From Callorhinchus milii (taxonomy: Eukaryota), in NCBI RefSeq assembly GCF_018977255.1, contig NW_024704742.1:1118001-1182000 (forward strand): a DNA stretch of 64,000 bases. Direction: 5' to 3'. Of the stretch, positions 24,842 through 39,800 are shown in pieces. Numbering within the stretch: the stretch's first letter is position 1; every line of letters begins with the position of its first letter. Made by a program: the position numbers and the translations under genes. The notes beneath the pieces are model-generated. The model saw nothing but the letters and a program-made list of their open reading frames with translations, was not told the origin of the DNA and ran no database searches.

Positions 24842-27800
24842 CTAAAGTTGGGAAAAGAGGAAACAGTAAAAGAAACATTAGCAATGAAGCCTTTTTTTAA
24901 AGATTATTTTCCACAATACCTAAATTGTTCCTGATTATTTTACGTGATACATTGTCAAATCAAACCCCAGGGGGTCTTACTCAAGCCACACTGGGATATT
25001 GGGTACAGTGTTGGTTGCTGTGGAAGAACAAGGACATGTAAGAAATAGCCTGATGCCATAATGGGGCTATACGGTTTCTATTCTGGAAGCAAGAAATAAA
25101 TGGGCCTAGGGACCTTCTTTACCTGAACCTCTGTATCTGGGTATTTCTGTTACCATTCAACGTGGAGGAGATCAACAACGGAATTGTAAACCACGTCAAC
25201 TTGCATTTGTATTGCATTTTTCATGCAGAAATTTGTCTCAAAGAGCTTCATAGAGAGTAGTGGGAGCCTTTGCAGGGTAGGCTCTCGTGGGTAAGATGAG
25301 AAGTGGAGACAAATCTCGCTGAAGAAAGTTTTCCTGGTGTTTTATTGTCAGTTTTGCTGACAGTAGCTTAGGCTGAGCTTCATTATTTGTACCTATGTAT
25401 TCAGTGCATGCCACAGAATAAGCTTGGGAGGAGCGAAGCCAGGTACAGCTGAAAGTTGTCGCAACTGAGAATGGGCTCCTGAGAAGTCATTGGATAAACA
25501 TAGGCTAAACAATTGTGAATTCCTGACAAACTTATACCAAACCATCCATTTATAATGCAGAAGGAATATTTACCAAGAAAGTTCTTCTTCTCCTCCTCTG
25601 GTAGCTGGTTAAAGACTGTCCAGAAATTTTTGATGGTCTGGTCATTGGGTTTATATTTGTTGTAGGTTGCTTTCTGTAAGCAAGTGCGGATGTAAAACAT
25701 ACATTGAAGGTGTCAAGACAACAGAACAAAAGCCAAAGTAACAATGCATTAAAGATTACTCATAGGTTACTCAGCCAGTGACAAATGTCGAGAGATCTTG
25801 GTGGCAAAATTGTCAGGACACATTGTCAGCAAAACTTATCGGCACTCCTCTAACGTAAAGGTATTCAGAACCACAAATCCAGACAAGAAATAACTGCGGT
25901 GGAGTGGAGGAAGGTTTGGAAATGGAAAGAAACGTAGAGTACCAAAAGCACATTTACGTTTATAGGTAAAGGAAACAAAGGAGGTGTGTGAGGCAATAAG
26001 CAAATAGCACAGGTTAATTTAGAACAGACATCAATCAATATTCCTTTACACATACATTTATTAACAGTTGGAATAATAGGTGATCAGAAATGGTGATAGA
26101 GGGCGGGATATTGAGACTCATTTAAGAAACCGCTTGATGCTGTCGTGACAGATGGATGAAAGGGTAAAATCAAATGGGTCAAAAGGTCACCTTCATCCGA
26201 TTTACGGAAAGAAGTTCCACTGGAGTCTAGAGATTTACTCAATGCTGAATTTTTACAGAGTTTGGCAAAGTCTTAGACACAACTTTAATTCTGAAGCCCG
26301 TTTCCAGTAAGTTTATTTCAAGAACTACAGAAAACTTACTCCGAATTTACGTCAGAATTTAACAATTTGTCAATTTTTGGTTATTCTAAAATGCTACACA
26401 AATAAATGTGTTAATATAAGGAACAAAATTAATATTTTAAAAGCTGGACTTTCTCCCAAATACCACCTTATATATCACTGTACATTTCTCCTATGAGATG
26501 TCTCTTTCAAAGCCCCGTTTCTCTACTCGTTCTCATAACTCATGCCTCTAATACTGAACTAATAGTAAATGTGGAAGTCAACAGAACCAGTGTGACTTAC
26601 CTCCTCCAGCATTTTCCACTCATACTCAGTGTTTCCATGGACAATGGCTCTAAGTTCAACCGGTTGGAATACATTTACAACATTCAGTGGAAAGCTGCTC
26701 CGAAATCCTGTTGCAAAAGCTGTGAAATGTTTCTGGACAGATGTGTTAAACACATAATCCACATAGGCATCGACAAACTGTTTTCTGTCCAAAACAAGAC
26801 AAAAAGCAGATTTAGAAACTGCATAAATGACAACTGAAAACATCTGGGCGGGAGTGGATGGGGGTGGGAAGAATTTGCGGCATTGTATACGATAATTATC
26901 TCTGTACTTTATCATCGGGAAAATGGTTTCTCACAACAGCTCGTTCAAAGCAGTGACTTCCTTCTTGAAATTTACAGGGTTTTTGCATTATAATCATAAT
27001 CCTTACATTTGGTCAGGAGTATGCTCGAAAGCACTTCACAGGATTTGCTGTAAAGTGCAGTGACTGTTTGTGTTAAAGGTCATTCTCTGGTCATTCTATC
27101 AGTGGAGTGAAGTCAGGCAAAATAAAATGAATGTTTTATTCAATATAAAAATATTACCTGTTATGCTTTTGAACAGGTGTCTCTTTGCCCTTAGGGATAA
27201 GTTCATGCAAAACTGGGGTTCCATCATTCATTTCCATCATTACCTGTAAAAACAAAACATAGGTGCTTTAGTTTTCAGGTTAGATTTCTACATATAGTAA
27301 CTCCTTCCACATTCCTTGACTGCAGCTCCCTTTTCATATACAAATCAAAGATTTTCAGCCAAACAAGCCTTGGGACCTTGGGATGGAGTTCCAGAGGGTG
27401 GGGGCAGAGGGGCTGAAGCCCACCTGCCAATGGTGGGGCAGACGAGGTGGGGGACGTGAAGCAGGCCGGAGCTTACTGAGGTTGGTAGGGGGATAGGAGG
27501 TCGCAGAGATAGGGGGGGAGCAAGGCTTTGGGGAGTTTTAAAGGTGAGGACCAGGGTCTTGAACTGTATCCTCTGAGTGATGGGGAGCCAGTGGAGTCGG
27601 TTGTGGATGGGGGTCATAGGGTTGTGGATTGAATTAGGTCAAATATCAGGTCAAAGTCCCAAAATGGGGCTGGAACCAGCAATTGTCTGACACAGAGGCA
27701 AGAGAACTATCAATCCAGGTTGGTTTGGAGCTATTTTAGTATTATAAAAAAAAGTAATTTTTAATTTTTCCCCTTGTGACTATCCGCAATTATTAGCATA

Positions 27801-30800
27801 TTCAGTTGATAATAATCTGAGGTAACAACAGGTGGTCAGTGATATGATACAAAATTGAACTTACCGTGAAATCCAGACAAAATACATCTTCTACATCATC
27901 ATACTTATAGTCCAGGAGTTTCTGAAGAGAACTATAACGTTAAGAAAGAAAACAAAGTGAATACTTGTTAATAAAATTAGCAATATCTCAGAGATGTAAA
28001 AGCCATCAGTTTTGAATTTTTTTTTAAGTTGGTTTTCAAGATAAGCCGATACATTTCTGCTGTCAGAAATGTTAATTGAAACCATGTTAACTTAAATCAA
28101 GTTATTTTTGAAACTATATATTTCTGCTGAATTTTGTTTATGTTCTCAACCAACATTGTGTAGAACACACTTTTATTTCAGCTCACCAGTTACAAAATCA
28201 AACAGTCCAACTAAAAAATAACACCCTGTACTCAGTTCGTCCTGCTTGCTGCTTTTCTACCTCCTAATGCCCTTCCATTGGTCCTACTCAATTGGTCCTT
28301 ATTTGCTTAATGAGTATCCAACATATTCGGTTGCAACCTTTAACACTGTGTTTAAAAGAGGAAACAATTTTCTTATTCTAATTTTTCAAAAGTGTTTTCA
28401 AAATGGAGTTACTTGCCCCAAAAAAGCGGGGATTAATGAATAATAATCCTAATATTTGGAATAACGCCCTTCACTTTGGCAGGACATCTCAAAGTGGTTC
28501 ACAGGACGTACCATAAAATGGCAGGACTGTTTGCTTCTTGGACAAAGGCAGCAGCCAATTTGTGCCCAGTAGTGTCCCATAAACAGCCATGAAGTGAATG
28601 ACCGATTTTATTAGGATTATTGTGAGGACACTGAGAGAAACTCCCTTCTTGTTTCGTACAGTGCCACGGGATCTTTAACATCCACCTGAACCGGCAGATG
28701 GAGCCTCGGTTTAATGTCTTCATCCAAAGTAAGGCAGCTCCAACTCTGCGGCACTCCCCCAGCACTGCATTGGAGCATCAATTTAGAATGATTCGATTGA
28801 TGATCGCAATCATTTATCAGATAAAAGGAAACAACAGGGCTATTACACTGCTGGAAAGGAGTACAGTTGTAACGGGTCGTTAATTATACTTAATTACTCT
28901 TATGCATTTGACCATAGCTAATCCACGTGCCATGAGTCCAACCAAGGTTTACAGACCCCTAGAAGTCTTCCACTCACCTCCCTACAACTGGGAATAACTC
29001 CTTCAGATCGTCCAGTGTTGGCTGCACTTGGAGCAGCTTCTTATACAGGGCCAACGGGAAGCGAAAATTTGCTAGGAAATGTTTCTGTAGAGCGAGTCCG
29101 ACGAGAATTCCCACGAGGCGAAACACGTCATCAAATTCCGGCTCCTGTTTAAAAACCGAGCGCGGTAAATTTGCTTGCATTTGATATAGCTCGCTATCAT
29201 TGTTGAGACGTCTCAAAGCGCTTTGCAGAATATACTGTAAAGTGAGGCGACCATGTGCATTTGGTGGGCAAACAGCCCTGAGTGAGTAGTATTTGAGAAA
29301 TCGTTGGCCAGCAATATTCAGATAGTTTTGTGAGATCTTCCTCTATGAGGTGCATTTTGAAGAGTATTTGGGTTCATGTTATATTTGCACAGCGGTATAA
29401 TAATAATAATAATAATAATAATCCTTGCATTCGATATCTACATTACTTGAATATCTAAAAGGTTTGAAACCACCTTATAATTCAGCCGTACCTGATTAGG
29501 GAACCAAAGCAGCCCAGAATTAGGATTCCGCGTAAATATCCCTTTGCTCTCATAGAGCGCTCGTGTGAAGAGAGAGAAGAATTCTTGTGACACCCCATGC
29601 CCATAACAACTTTCATCTGTAAATTGCACCTGAAATTATAATATAGGAAACAATGAAAAGGAATACAAGGATCAAAACCCATCTTCTTCAATGCATCTTT
29701 CCTGAAAGCTGACACTCTCATTCCCAAGGGAGAAAATGTTCCACTTCTACAGGCACAAGTGGAGTGAATGTGTATTTTGTAGACGGACAATGACTTCTAA
29801 TTTGCACACCATACTGTCCCATTGAGAGCCAATTTTATCTCAGGAATTGTTAGCTAGAATATCTGGAGAAAATCTCTTCTCTTTCAAATAGTGTCGTGTT
29901 AACTTTCACCTGAACAGGCAGATGGGATCTCACTTCATGTCTCATACAAAGCATTGCACCTCTAACAACGGAGTGTTCCTGCAGCACAGTACTAGAACGT
30001 CAGCCTACGCTGTGAGCTCAAAGTCCCAACATGGTGCTTGAAGCCATAACCTTCTGGCGTCGGGGAGGGCGCATTCAGGTTTCTCGCTGTATCCGTTCCG
30101 GCTATTTCTTACGGAATTATGGCGTTTGTATTTGCAGACAATGTTGTGCTGCTCGCAGACTTTTGGGGGGATCTTACGCACTGCATGTGAACACCGGGAC
30201 ATTTAAAGGGACATCAAGTCGGGGGCCAAGTGTGGATTCGAGGCTCTGCGCGGTATAAGAGAGGACATCAGCTGTACTGATTAAAGATACCAGGGGCATC
30301 ATTCCTAATTTTTGATTCTTAAACAGTATTCTGGGGTTGTGGTGGATACCACGTTTTGCTTGGACACTGGTCCTACAGGACTGCGCTGAGAAGAGGGGAA
30401 GGGAACACTGGTCAAGCTCATCTCTCTTCAAGGACAGCAAGATCCCAACACAGGTTAAGGTTTGCGGCATATCATACTTGTGTGTAAACAATTCTCCTCT
30501 ATGGTTCTGAGCTCTGGGACTTGCAGTGAAGAGGCTGGGACCCCCTAAGCGGAGGGAGCGGAAAGATCAATGCGGGGTTAACAGCTCACGGAGGTCGGGA
30601 AGCACAGGCTGACAGAGCTAAGGCTTGAGGACACCAGAGTGTGCGTTGGGGGTACCGCTGGAGTCTAACCAACTATAACCACATATCTTGCCTTTAAATG
30701 CACCGGTTGGCCTGCTTTCCTGCTGCTTGTTGACCATCCTACCCATTAAAGCTTTGGCTTGTAGGGTTAACGGAAGCTGAGTGGGAAAAATACCTGCCCC

Positions 30801-33800
30801 CAGTGACCATATCAGAATAAATGACACCTGAAAATCATTCATGCGCTGATTGATGCTATTTGACGATCAGGACTGAAAACTAATTTAGTCTACTTTTCAT
30901 CTGCACGAGTAGAGAAGAGTTTTGTACCCAGAATCCAGACCGAAAATGAGACACATTGGAGAATCTTAGACATTCCAGAGTGCTCTGAAGAACCCGATTC
31001 CTTGCAACCTGTAATACTGGTATCATGTTCTGATGCTGCAAAGCTTCCTGAAATGAATCAGAATGATTTTTTTTTACACACATGGAAACTATATTTTTTT
31101 TTGGGGGGGGGGGTCGGGCGGGTGTCCGACACGTGCGGAATCCCACCTCACCCACGCTTAAGAGTATCCAAACCAAACTGAGATTTCCATGCATCGCACC
31201 CACACATGGAAACACCAGGGATAGATGGTTGGAACCGAGTGCGCACTCTCTCCCTGGAGGGGACGCCTTCTGCTTAACCTAATCCTTCAGTGGCTTAGTG
31301 CAGCAATCTGAAAATGTACACAACCATCTCGCCAGCAGCGTTCATACAGATTATCAGGCAGTCCAATGGCATGATCAAAACCCCTATATGTACTGCACAC
31401 TGATGCATTGTATGGCAATTATTATATAAGCGCTATTATGATTTAAGCTCTCTGGGACACTAGTCTGCGTGAGAAGCGCTATATAAATGCAAGTTGTTGC
31501 TATATACTGTTTGAAGTTGAGACGCTGAACTACATACCGCTTGGAATACTGCGTTTTCCGTTTGCAACAGAAAAACCTTTGCGTCCAAATCAAAGATGCA
31601 AGGATAACGCATTAATGCAGTTGCCATCTGTGAAGGAAGAAATTGCATAAATGCATATCGTTTTCATTACACGTGAGGTACACTTCTCTTTCAAATGTGA
31701 TTCCCATTTTCTTCATGTGCCAATCTGTCCAGAATTTTATGTTTCTAGCACGCTCATTCCCATACGATTCAGCTACCGAGATAAAATAAACCGAGCCACC
31801 TGCAGGAGAACATTACCTGATATAATTGAGTGTTGTATTGACAATATTGTAATATTCTTTCGAGAACATTCATCTGTGGCTGTGAAGAAAATGATACCGC
31901 GTTAGTAAACGCCGAGTTTAAAGCTGCCTATTTTGTCCCCTACATGGGTACAAATTGAACCCCTTCTCCGGCAGGAGTCTCACAGTCGGCTCCTGTGAAG
32001 GATTCCATCCGGATTCCCAATCAAGAACCGAGCAAGCTTAGACACACAGAGCAAACAGGAGCTCAGAAATCAGTCACGGCACGATCTGAACTCATGAGCT
32101 GCTAGTCACCATGTTAATCATTGAGCAGACACGAGCTCAGGGTTTAAACCTTTGACACAAATGATTTATTTATTTATTTATTTATTTGCTTATTTGCTTG
32201 ATTGTTTGTTTGTTTGTTTATGTGTTGAGTTTAGTTATTTATCTATAGATTCTTTGAATAAACACTAGGGGGTGTGAGGTCTCATGTTGTCAGCCTTATC
32301 GCTTGCCTTAAAACGTAATTTCGGACGGTGCAAAATTTAAAACAAATTCTTCGATTGAATCTAGCTTTCACACCAGTTTTTAGCAGGGTTTGAAAAGAGC
32401 TGGCTTCAAAATTAGACCTGACAATTTTCCAAACGTTTACATAATTTTAGGTTTTAAGGCAATGGTCCAAAGAGTAATTATCAGAAATGCTGGGTCTCAA
32501 ATCATACTTTATTTTCTGCACTATATATATATATATGATTAGGTGTATATACTCAAAGTGCCAGAGCTGAAATTACATTCATTGGTGCTAGCAATGTATA
32601 TTTAAATGCTAACATTGTTTTATATGAATATCGTAAGTAGAGTTCATCATTAAGCTCTTACCATTACATTCTGTTTAATGATTTGCACTAGAGGAATGTG
32701 AAAATCATTCTCGGGAATCATGTGATCGCGACTGCCATTTACCTGCAGGTAAATTATTTAATAAATGTTAATATAATAATCATTGCATTTCATATAGCAC
32801 TTATACCGTTGAAACGTCTCAAAAAGTGCTTCGCAGATATTCCTGTCAAGTGTAGCGACTGTGCGTTTGTGGGCAGACGTGGCAGCCAGTTCGCACACAG
32901 CAATATCTGTATCAATGTACAAGCGCCTCGTCTTGTGATCATACGTCTGCCCCTCACACCGTCCACTTAATTGATCCAGATCCCTCTGAATCACCTCAGT
33001 CTTTGCTACCTCCGTCACCTCATCAACATAGGGTGGTGTCATCAACAGGTGGGCGTTATCAATGATGGTCTCCTTCAAATTGTTTGTGAGCACTGCTGAC
33101 CCCTGGTCTCCAAACAGAACGTGTGTCATTTACGGAAGAAGGTGCTTGAGGGAGGTCAGATGAGATCAGGCAGAATTTACAGCGGTTTTGTTTTTGTCTT
33201 GTACTCAGTGAGCAATCTGGGGGTTGAGCACCCCTTCAACTTCTGGAGTAACGGTTTCATCCTCAGCCTGATTCACAAGCCCACAGAGTCAGCTCGGAGG
33301 AAGAAGGCCCTTCAGCGCATGTGATCTCGTCTGTCCACAACACCTACCCTTCCAGCCCCCGCATCTAGCTGTCAGGTTAGCCACCCTAATGGTCTGGCGA
33401 GCCAGAATTTTCGACCCAAGTGTAATTTCGAAAACGCTGCTAAATATCGTCACCAGGGGTGTAATTGCTTGAATCCCGTGTGTGGAAGGTCGTGACTAAG
33501 CTATTTTCCGCGGCAAGTTTCAAACAATCTGAGTCAAAGTCAATTTCCCTGACCTCTGTGAAGGCCGGCAAGGATGGTAAGGTTGTTAGGAGAGTTGGGC
33601 TGGCGGCGTCTACATGTGGTCCATGGAAATACTTGATCCGCGGAATATATTTCATTTTTTTTTGTTTTTTTTCTGGCCCAGGTTCAGAGTCCAGTAAGCA
33701 GGGTGGGGGGTTACTGTACTTAAATTTTCACTTACCTTGTAAAGTGCTTGTAAAATGGTTAAGCAATCGAACAGATCAGCATTCCCCACTGGAAGGTTCA

Positions 33801-36800
33801 CCTCAACCAAGTGTTTTGATGAGCTCCTATATAGCTCCACGAGCTTTCTGAAGTAATGCACAGACAGTGTGCGCCACAAGGATTCTAGTAAAGAGATTAC
33901 ACGGAACGTTTGATGGAAAATAAAACATAACCAATCCCTACTGGTTACCACAATGACCCGAACTCCACCGACCCAAATGGTAAGGAGCAAAGTTTACATA
34001 CAAACGTAGAAATCTACAGCACAGAGTCCCTACCTGCTCAGAGATCAATTGAATCCCACCACCCCGCCTTATCCCCATACTCCTTCAAGCCCCCCTCTTT
34101 CATATGTCTGTCTACTTCCCTCTCAAAAGCAACAATGGCCACCACCCTACACGGTATTGACTATTCTGCTTTTTAGTTCAGGCTTTTTTCTCTCCCACAC
34201 ATTGACTTTTGGTGATGAACAAACGTCAGAAGAACTCATCCTAGAAAAGAAGCTAAAGTCGAACTTTAACTCAGCTTTCGGAAATATGGCAACTATCTTG
34301 AATTAAAATATATACAATCTGTATATATAATCCTTAATTGCACCTTGTCACTTTGCCTGGACGTTTCAAAGTGCTTCGCAAGATTTAAGGTAAAGTGCAG
34401 AGACTGTAAGGAACATAACACAATATACAGTCGATTCACTTTACACTATATTCCATAAACCTGAAGAAAACATACCAAGTATTTCAAATGAGTCTTTCTT
34501 AAGCAGCAGTATTGATCGGCTCAGAAGTCCCAGGAGTTTCGCGATTTTGTATGGGCTCTCTTCCAATACACTCACGAGTTCTGGCAGAATAAGGTACACT
34601 CGGAGAGCTTCCACTCCAGCAAGAGAGTCGGGTAGAGAAGGGATCAAGCAATTCTCTACTGTATTAATTGCCTGAAAAATAGAGAAAGTCATTCCCGTGA
34701 GAGCCCATCCCTTAAATAGTATTAGCCTGGCTCAGTTGATGGCACCCCCGCTCTGAGTAAGAAAATTGTGGGTTCAAATCTCACACTGGTACTTGGAACT
34801 CATACAGTCTAAACTGACACTCCAGTGCAGTGCTGTCCTTCAGATGAGACGTTAAACCAAGGCTCCATCTATCTGTTGGACATTTCTGTGCGCAAATTGG
34901 CTGTTGTGTTTGCCCACAAAGCATACACAGTGACGGTACTTTACAGTATCTGCTATGAAGTGCTTTGCAATGACCTTCTGACATGAAAGACTCTATATCA
35001 AAGGGTTATTAGTCTTAGGACCCCAGAGTGTGCACTGGGGTACTGCTAAAGCCGAATAGTTTGCCATTGAGTGCACTGCCTTGCAAGCCTCCTTCTGCTT
35101 GTCCAGATAAGAACACGCGGTTCATTCGGGCTTGGGCTAGCAGGGTTCACAGGAGCTGAGTAGGTCAAATCCCTGCCCCAAGTGACTGGTCTGCCCTGCC
35201 ACGTCCCACTGATGAGCCAGTCATCAGCAGTGCCCTGGAATATTGCAGACCTGCCTGGCTTCAGGGACCGGATTACTGTATAAATGTATAAAGGCCAATT
35301 AATCAACACAGACGTGATAATGACTGGCCCAGTCATGTAAACAGCAGAATCTAAAAATAAATGCATTCAGTGCTTATAAAGGTGTGAATTATAATAGCCT
35401 TTGAGACGTGAGAGGTAAAGAGTACAACTGGACTAACTTTACCTGCTTCAAGATTGCAGGGTTTTCTGCCAGTTTCTTGAAATTCGAACGTACAGCGGAC
35501 ATGTCCAGTCCTGACTCCTCTCTCCCGGTTTTGAAGTGTTTATCTTTGCTGTTCCCCCCAAAAAATTGGTTAGTTAGTGTACTGAGTAGGCAATATTAAC
35601 AAATAAAAACAATCCTTACTTTGGTATAATAATAATTATAACAATAATCCTTAAATTTGATATAGCGACTTATCACGTCATTGAGACGTCTCAAAGCGGT
35701 TCACAGGATGTACTTTAAAGTGGATTCACGGTGTATTTTACGGGTGAAACGCCGGCCAGTTGGCGCACAGCAATGTCCCACAAACAGCCAATGGAGTGAA
35801 TGTGACCAATCTTATTTGGGGGATTTGTTGGTCAGGACGCTGGCAGAAAGCCCCGTCTTTCAAATAGTGCCATGGAATCTTTACGACCACCTGAACAGGC
35901 AGACGGGACCTCGGGTTTGAACATTGCGTATCAAGGACAGCACCTCTGACAATACAAGAAATTCCCAGCCCTGAATTGGCGTGTCAGCTGAGACTATGTG
36001 ATTCCAAGTCCCGACGTGGGACTTGAACCCACAACCTTCTGACTTGGAGGCAAGAATGCTACCACTGCGCCCTGAGGACGTATAGCCACCCCTCGTGTCA
36101 GAACGATATCTCAAAACCCTTCGCAGGATTTACCGTGTAGTGACTGTGCATTCTGTAGGTGAGCAATGTGATCACGTACTGAACCATTATTGAACCTACT
36201 TCAAGGGCTGACTATGGGTCAGTACGGAAAAGTGCCAATGTTGCTTTGAAATCGGAAACTCTGGGTTTCCACTGCGTTACGTCTCTCAGTTATGTGTCTA
36301 TGAGAAGGGCAGAACATCTCCCTCGATGGGGCCTGAAGAAAGGAGGGGAAGTGGCAGGAGGGGACTGAATACTAATTTATCACATGGGGAGCTGCTTGTG
36401 GTCACTCTAGCAGCAGGACTGGAGGAATCCTGCCCAGTAATTTAGTCACATGAAAAAGCAAGCTTGGAATTGGATGGCGGAAGTGTTGGCCCCAATTCCA
36501 CATTAAATCAGGCAACCTTGCTTATCACAACAGCGCGCAGATTACAGCCACCGCCTTCTGCTTGAACACAGACTTGGGAGAATTTTGTCATGCTCGCATG
36601 GTATTCAACCTACCTCGAATCCAAAAAGCTTCCGTTCAGAGATTGAGCAGATGAAAACAAGTGTTGAATTACCCTGTGAATGTAACGCGGAGAGACACAA
36701 AATTCAAAATGCTGTAAATGGAATGCAATTCAATGTTTTTTAAGGCTCCTTCAACAAAACAAAACCTTTTGTGTAAAAAAATAAACACCCTGATTTTGTT

Positions 36801-39800
36801 CACAGACGTCGTGCAAATTTTTAGTCGCTGTTCAAATTTTTCTCCACAAAAGCCACCTAATTAACACTCCTACTCTCCACCTCGCTCCCCATAGCCTTTA
36901 ACATTCCTCTTCTTCAAGAGGTTAAATAAAATGTTAGAACTGCCTGATGGTTCAGTTTCTAAACGCACTGCTTACTGTTAAAGCCACTACTTTACTTACG
37001 TAAAACTACACCATACAGACAGACCCAGAAGGTCTTGAGTTCAATCCCGGGTCTGTGCTGATCTCAGTTGGAGAGCAGCTGCAGAAAGCTGCATTGGAAC
37101 AAAGTATTCCTGGTCTGGAAGGCGAAATCAGTCAGCGACCCACTTTTGATCATTATTTATTATCCCATTGCTGGAAAGTCCACTGGTGTGGATATTGGGT
37201 GAGTAATAGTTGTGTTGCTCTCGCCAGCCACCAAGCATCTCTGACACTCACTGTCTAGACTCACACATGAAGAACGACTGCTTTGGATGAGGTACTTGAG
37301 GGTTACCAGAGTCAATTCCTTCAGCACAGATGGCGTGCGTGAGGGAAATTGGAGTGTGTATTTCAAACAAAAGCATCCTCAAATAAAAGTTAACGGTAAC
37401 CTGACGCTGTTAGGTGAGACACTTACTTATTTTTCTTCAGTCTCTTATAATCCGTTTGCAATTGTTCTGAAAGGAAATGATCTACTGTTGCAATTTTCTT
37501 CAAATTAGTAACTGAGGCTTCAGTTGCAAGGTTGACTGGTTTCTGAACAAATAATACAAACAATAAGACGGCACATAAACGGACACTGATAGAAGATACA
37601 TTGCAACCCATTATCATAATAATAATCCTTGCGTTTGATACAGCTCCTTATCATGTCTTCGAGACATCTCAAAGCGATTCACAGAATACACTGCAAAGTG
37701 AACTGACTGTACATGTTGTGGGCGAAACGTGGCAGCCAATTGCGCACAGCAGCGTCCCACAAACCGAAGGACACAGCTAGATGATGAAGGGCAGAGCTAG
37801 AGGATGAACAACATTCATTCTTAAGATGCCAATGGGTTGAGCAAAACACCAAAACACGATGGTTGCTGTTGCACTTCAACGCAGTTACGTCTTTCAGAAT
37901 ACGTGTGAATGGTACAAGGCCCAGACAGTACGGAAAGGAAGCATTTGGCAAACAAAAACTAAAACCAAAGCTACAACGTGCCTGGTTATGAATGCAACAC
38001 GTGAGCGATTTGTTCTCTTGAGTATCGTGTACGTATTCTGTTATGCTTTGCAAAACATGCTAACGTAATATAAAAATGCTGGCTGTCCATAGGGGTGGAG
38101 CAAATGACTCCCCCGTGCCATTACTCCTGATTGAAGCAGGCCACAACAATCTAGACATCTTCAGTACAGATAATATCACCTATTTAAATACGTACTGATT
38201 TCTGTACCTCTTTCTCAAAGCAATCCACAAAGGATTGGTTCTCTCCTGCAAATATTCTTCTGATGGTTGGCTGAATTTCACAGTCTGTGAAAGCAAATTC
38301 CCACGAATAGGTTACATGAGTAATATGGAGAAAAATTCTCAATGTCTCTTTTTTTTAAAAAAAAGCCATTGTTTTTATTTCAATTTTAACCCGTTTTAAA
38401 AAAAAAAGTTTAACTTGGAGCAAAATTACGTTTCCTTACAGTAGCCAACGATTAGTTTTACCACAAGGATAACAGCTGAAGAAACGATGAATTCAGGTGA
38501 ACACTAAGCATCACTCTTTTTTGTAATATTTCCCGTAAATCACAACTGCATCAAATAACTGCTTACCGCTTGCAGGTCCTGTGTCAGACGTGTGTGATGC
38601 TAACTTAACAGGAAGAGGCACGAGCTGGTCACCGGTGTGTCCACTTCCCAGCTGCCCTTTCTTTCCTTGACCAAAAGCATAGACCTTGTCAGATGATGGA
38701 ACGAGCACAAGCGTGTGATAACTGTGAAAAACACATCCACATTTAGATTAAACGTAGAAAAATTATAATCTGTGCATTTGGTGTAGCGTCTTTCACGTCA
38801 GGAGGAGTTACCAAAGTGCTTGATAGGTTATTACTGTACAATGGAGTGACTGTGTTCTGCGGGCGAACGTAAAGATTAGCCCAGGTTTGTGCTGTTGCTT
38901 TGCCCCAACGAACAGCTTTTAGCACTGCACTAATCAATTTATCAGCTGTTATTGTCTCAGAGGGGTTAAAATTAGATACTGCATATGTAAACTGGAGATC
39001 ACTGCTCTAACAGCAGCTATTTGCTTTCGAGATGTTTCTCAGTCGAGTAAAAAAACAAAGCAATTAGCAGATTAAAAATAAAATCACTCAACTGAAAATA
39101 ACCTAAACTGCTGTAGAGAATATATTTTATTCTTGCAAATTTCTCCCTGTCCTGAAGGTGTGTTGCTGTGTGTAAAAAAAAATAATTCCAGCCCAAACAA
39201 GCAGGGAATATGAATTATTAGAAGATTTACTCAAGTGGCACTGGAGTTAATATGCAACGCAATTCTAAATCATGAGGGATGTTGGACAATGGAAAAGGCC
39301 ATGTGTAAAATATTATTCTCTGAAGAGTTACAAGAAATGAGACATGGTTCTGATTTAATCTGCAGTGAACAACACATACTCTTCTGGTACATTGATTGCC
39401 TATGTTGCTACCTTACCTCCCGCAAGCTATCTGAGAGACTTTGGCTGCAAATAACTCAGCGACCAGGCGAGGTTTGATCTCATCCCTTCTCTTGTTGTGT
39501 CCAAGTTGCCCAAAGCTCCCGGCTCCAAAGGTAAAAACCGATCCATCCTGGAAGAGTGACATATGTGTCTTATTTCTTATCAATGCCAAACTGTAATACA
39601 AGATGGCTAAGAGAACTGAGCCGTTCTTTCCCTCACATCTGAATAATTGTTGACTATCCTTTTCGCTACCATTAAATGTATACATTCCCAAACATAACAG
39701 TCTAATCCACAAGAAACATCAGTGTAAATCATCAACATCAAATAAATCGAATTTCTAGAACAATAATAGCAATCCTTGCATTTGATATAGCGCCTACAAT

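Noticed and set aside
32737..32754. Perfect palindrome ATTTACCTGCAGGTAAAT
   Set aside because: It coincides with the exon 14 acceptor (cag/GTAAAT) and is most simply a chance product of splice-site sequence.
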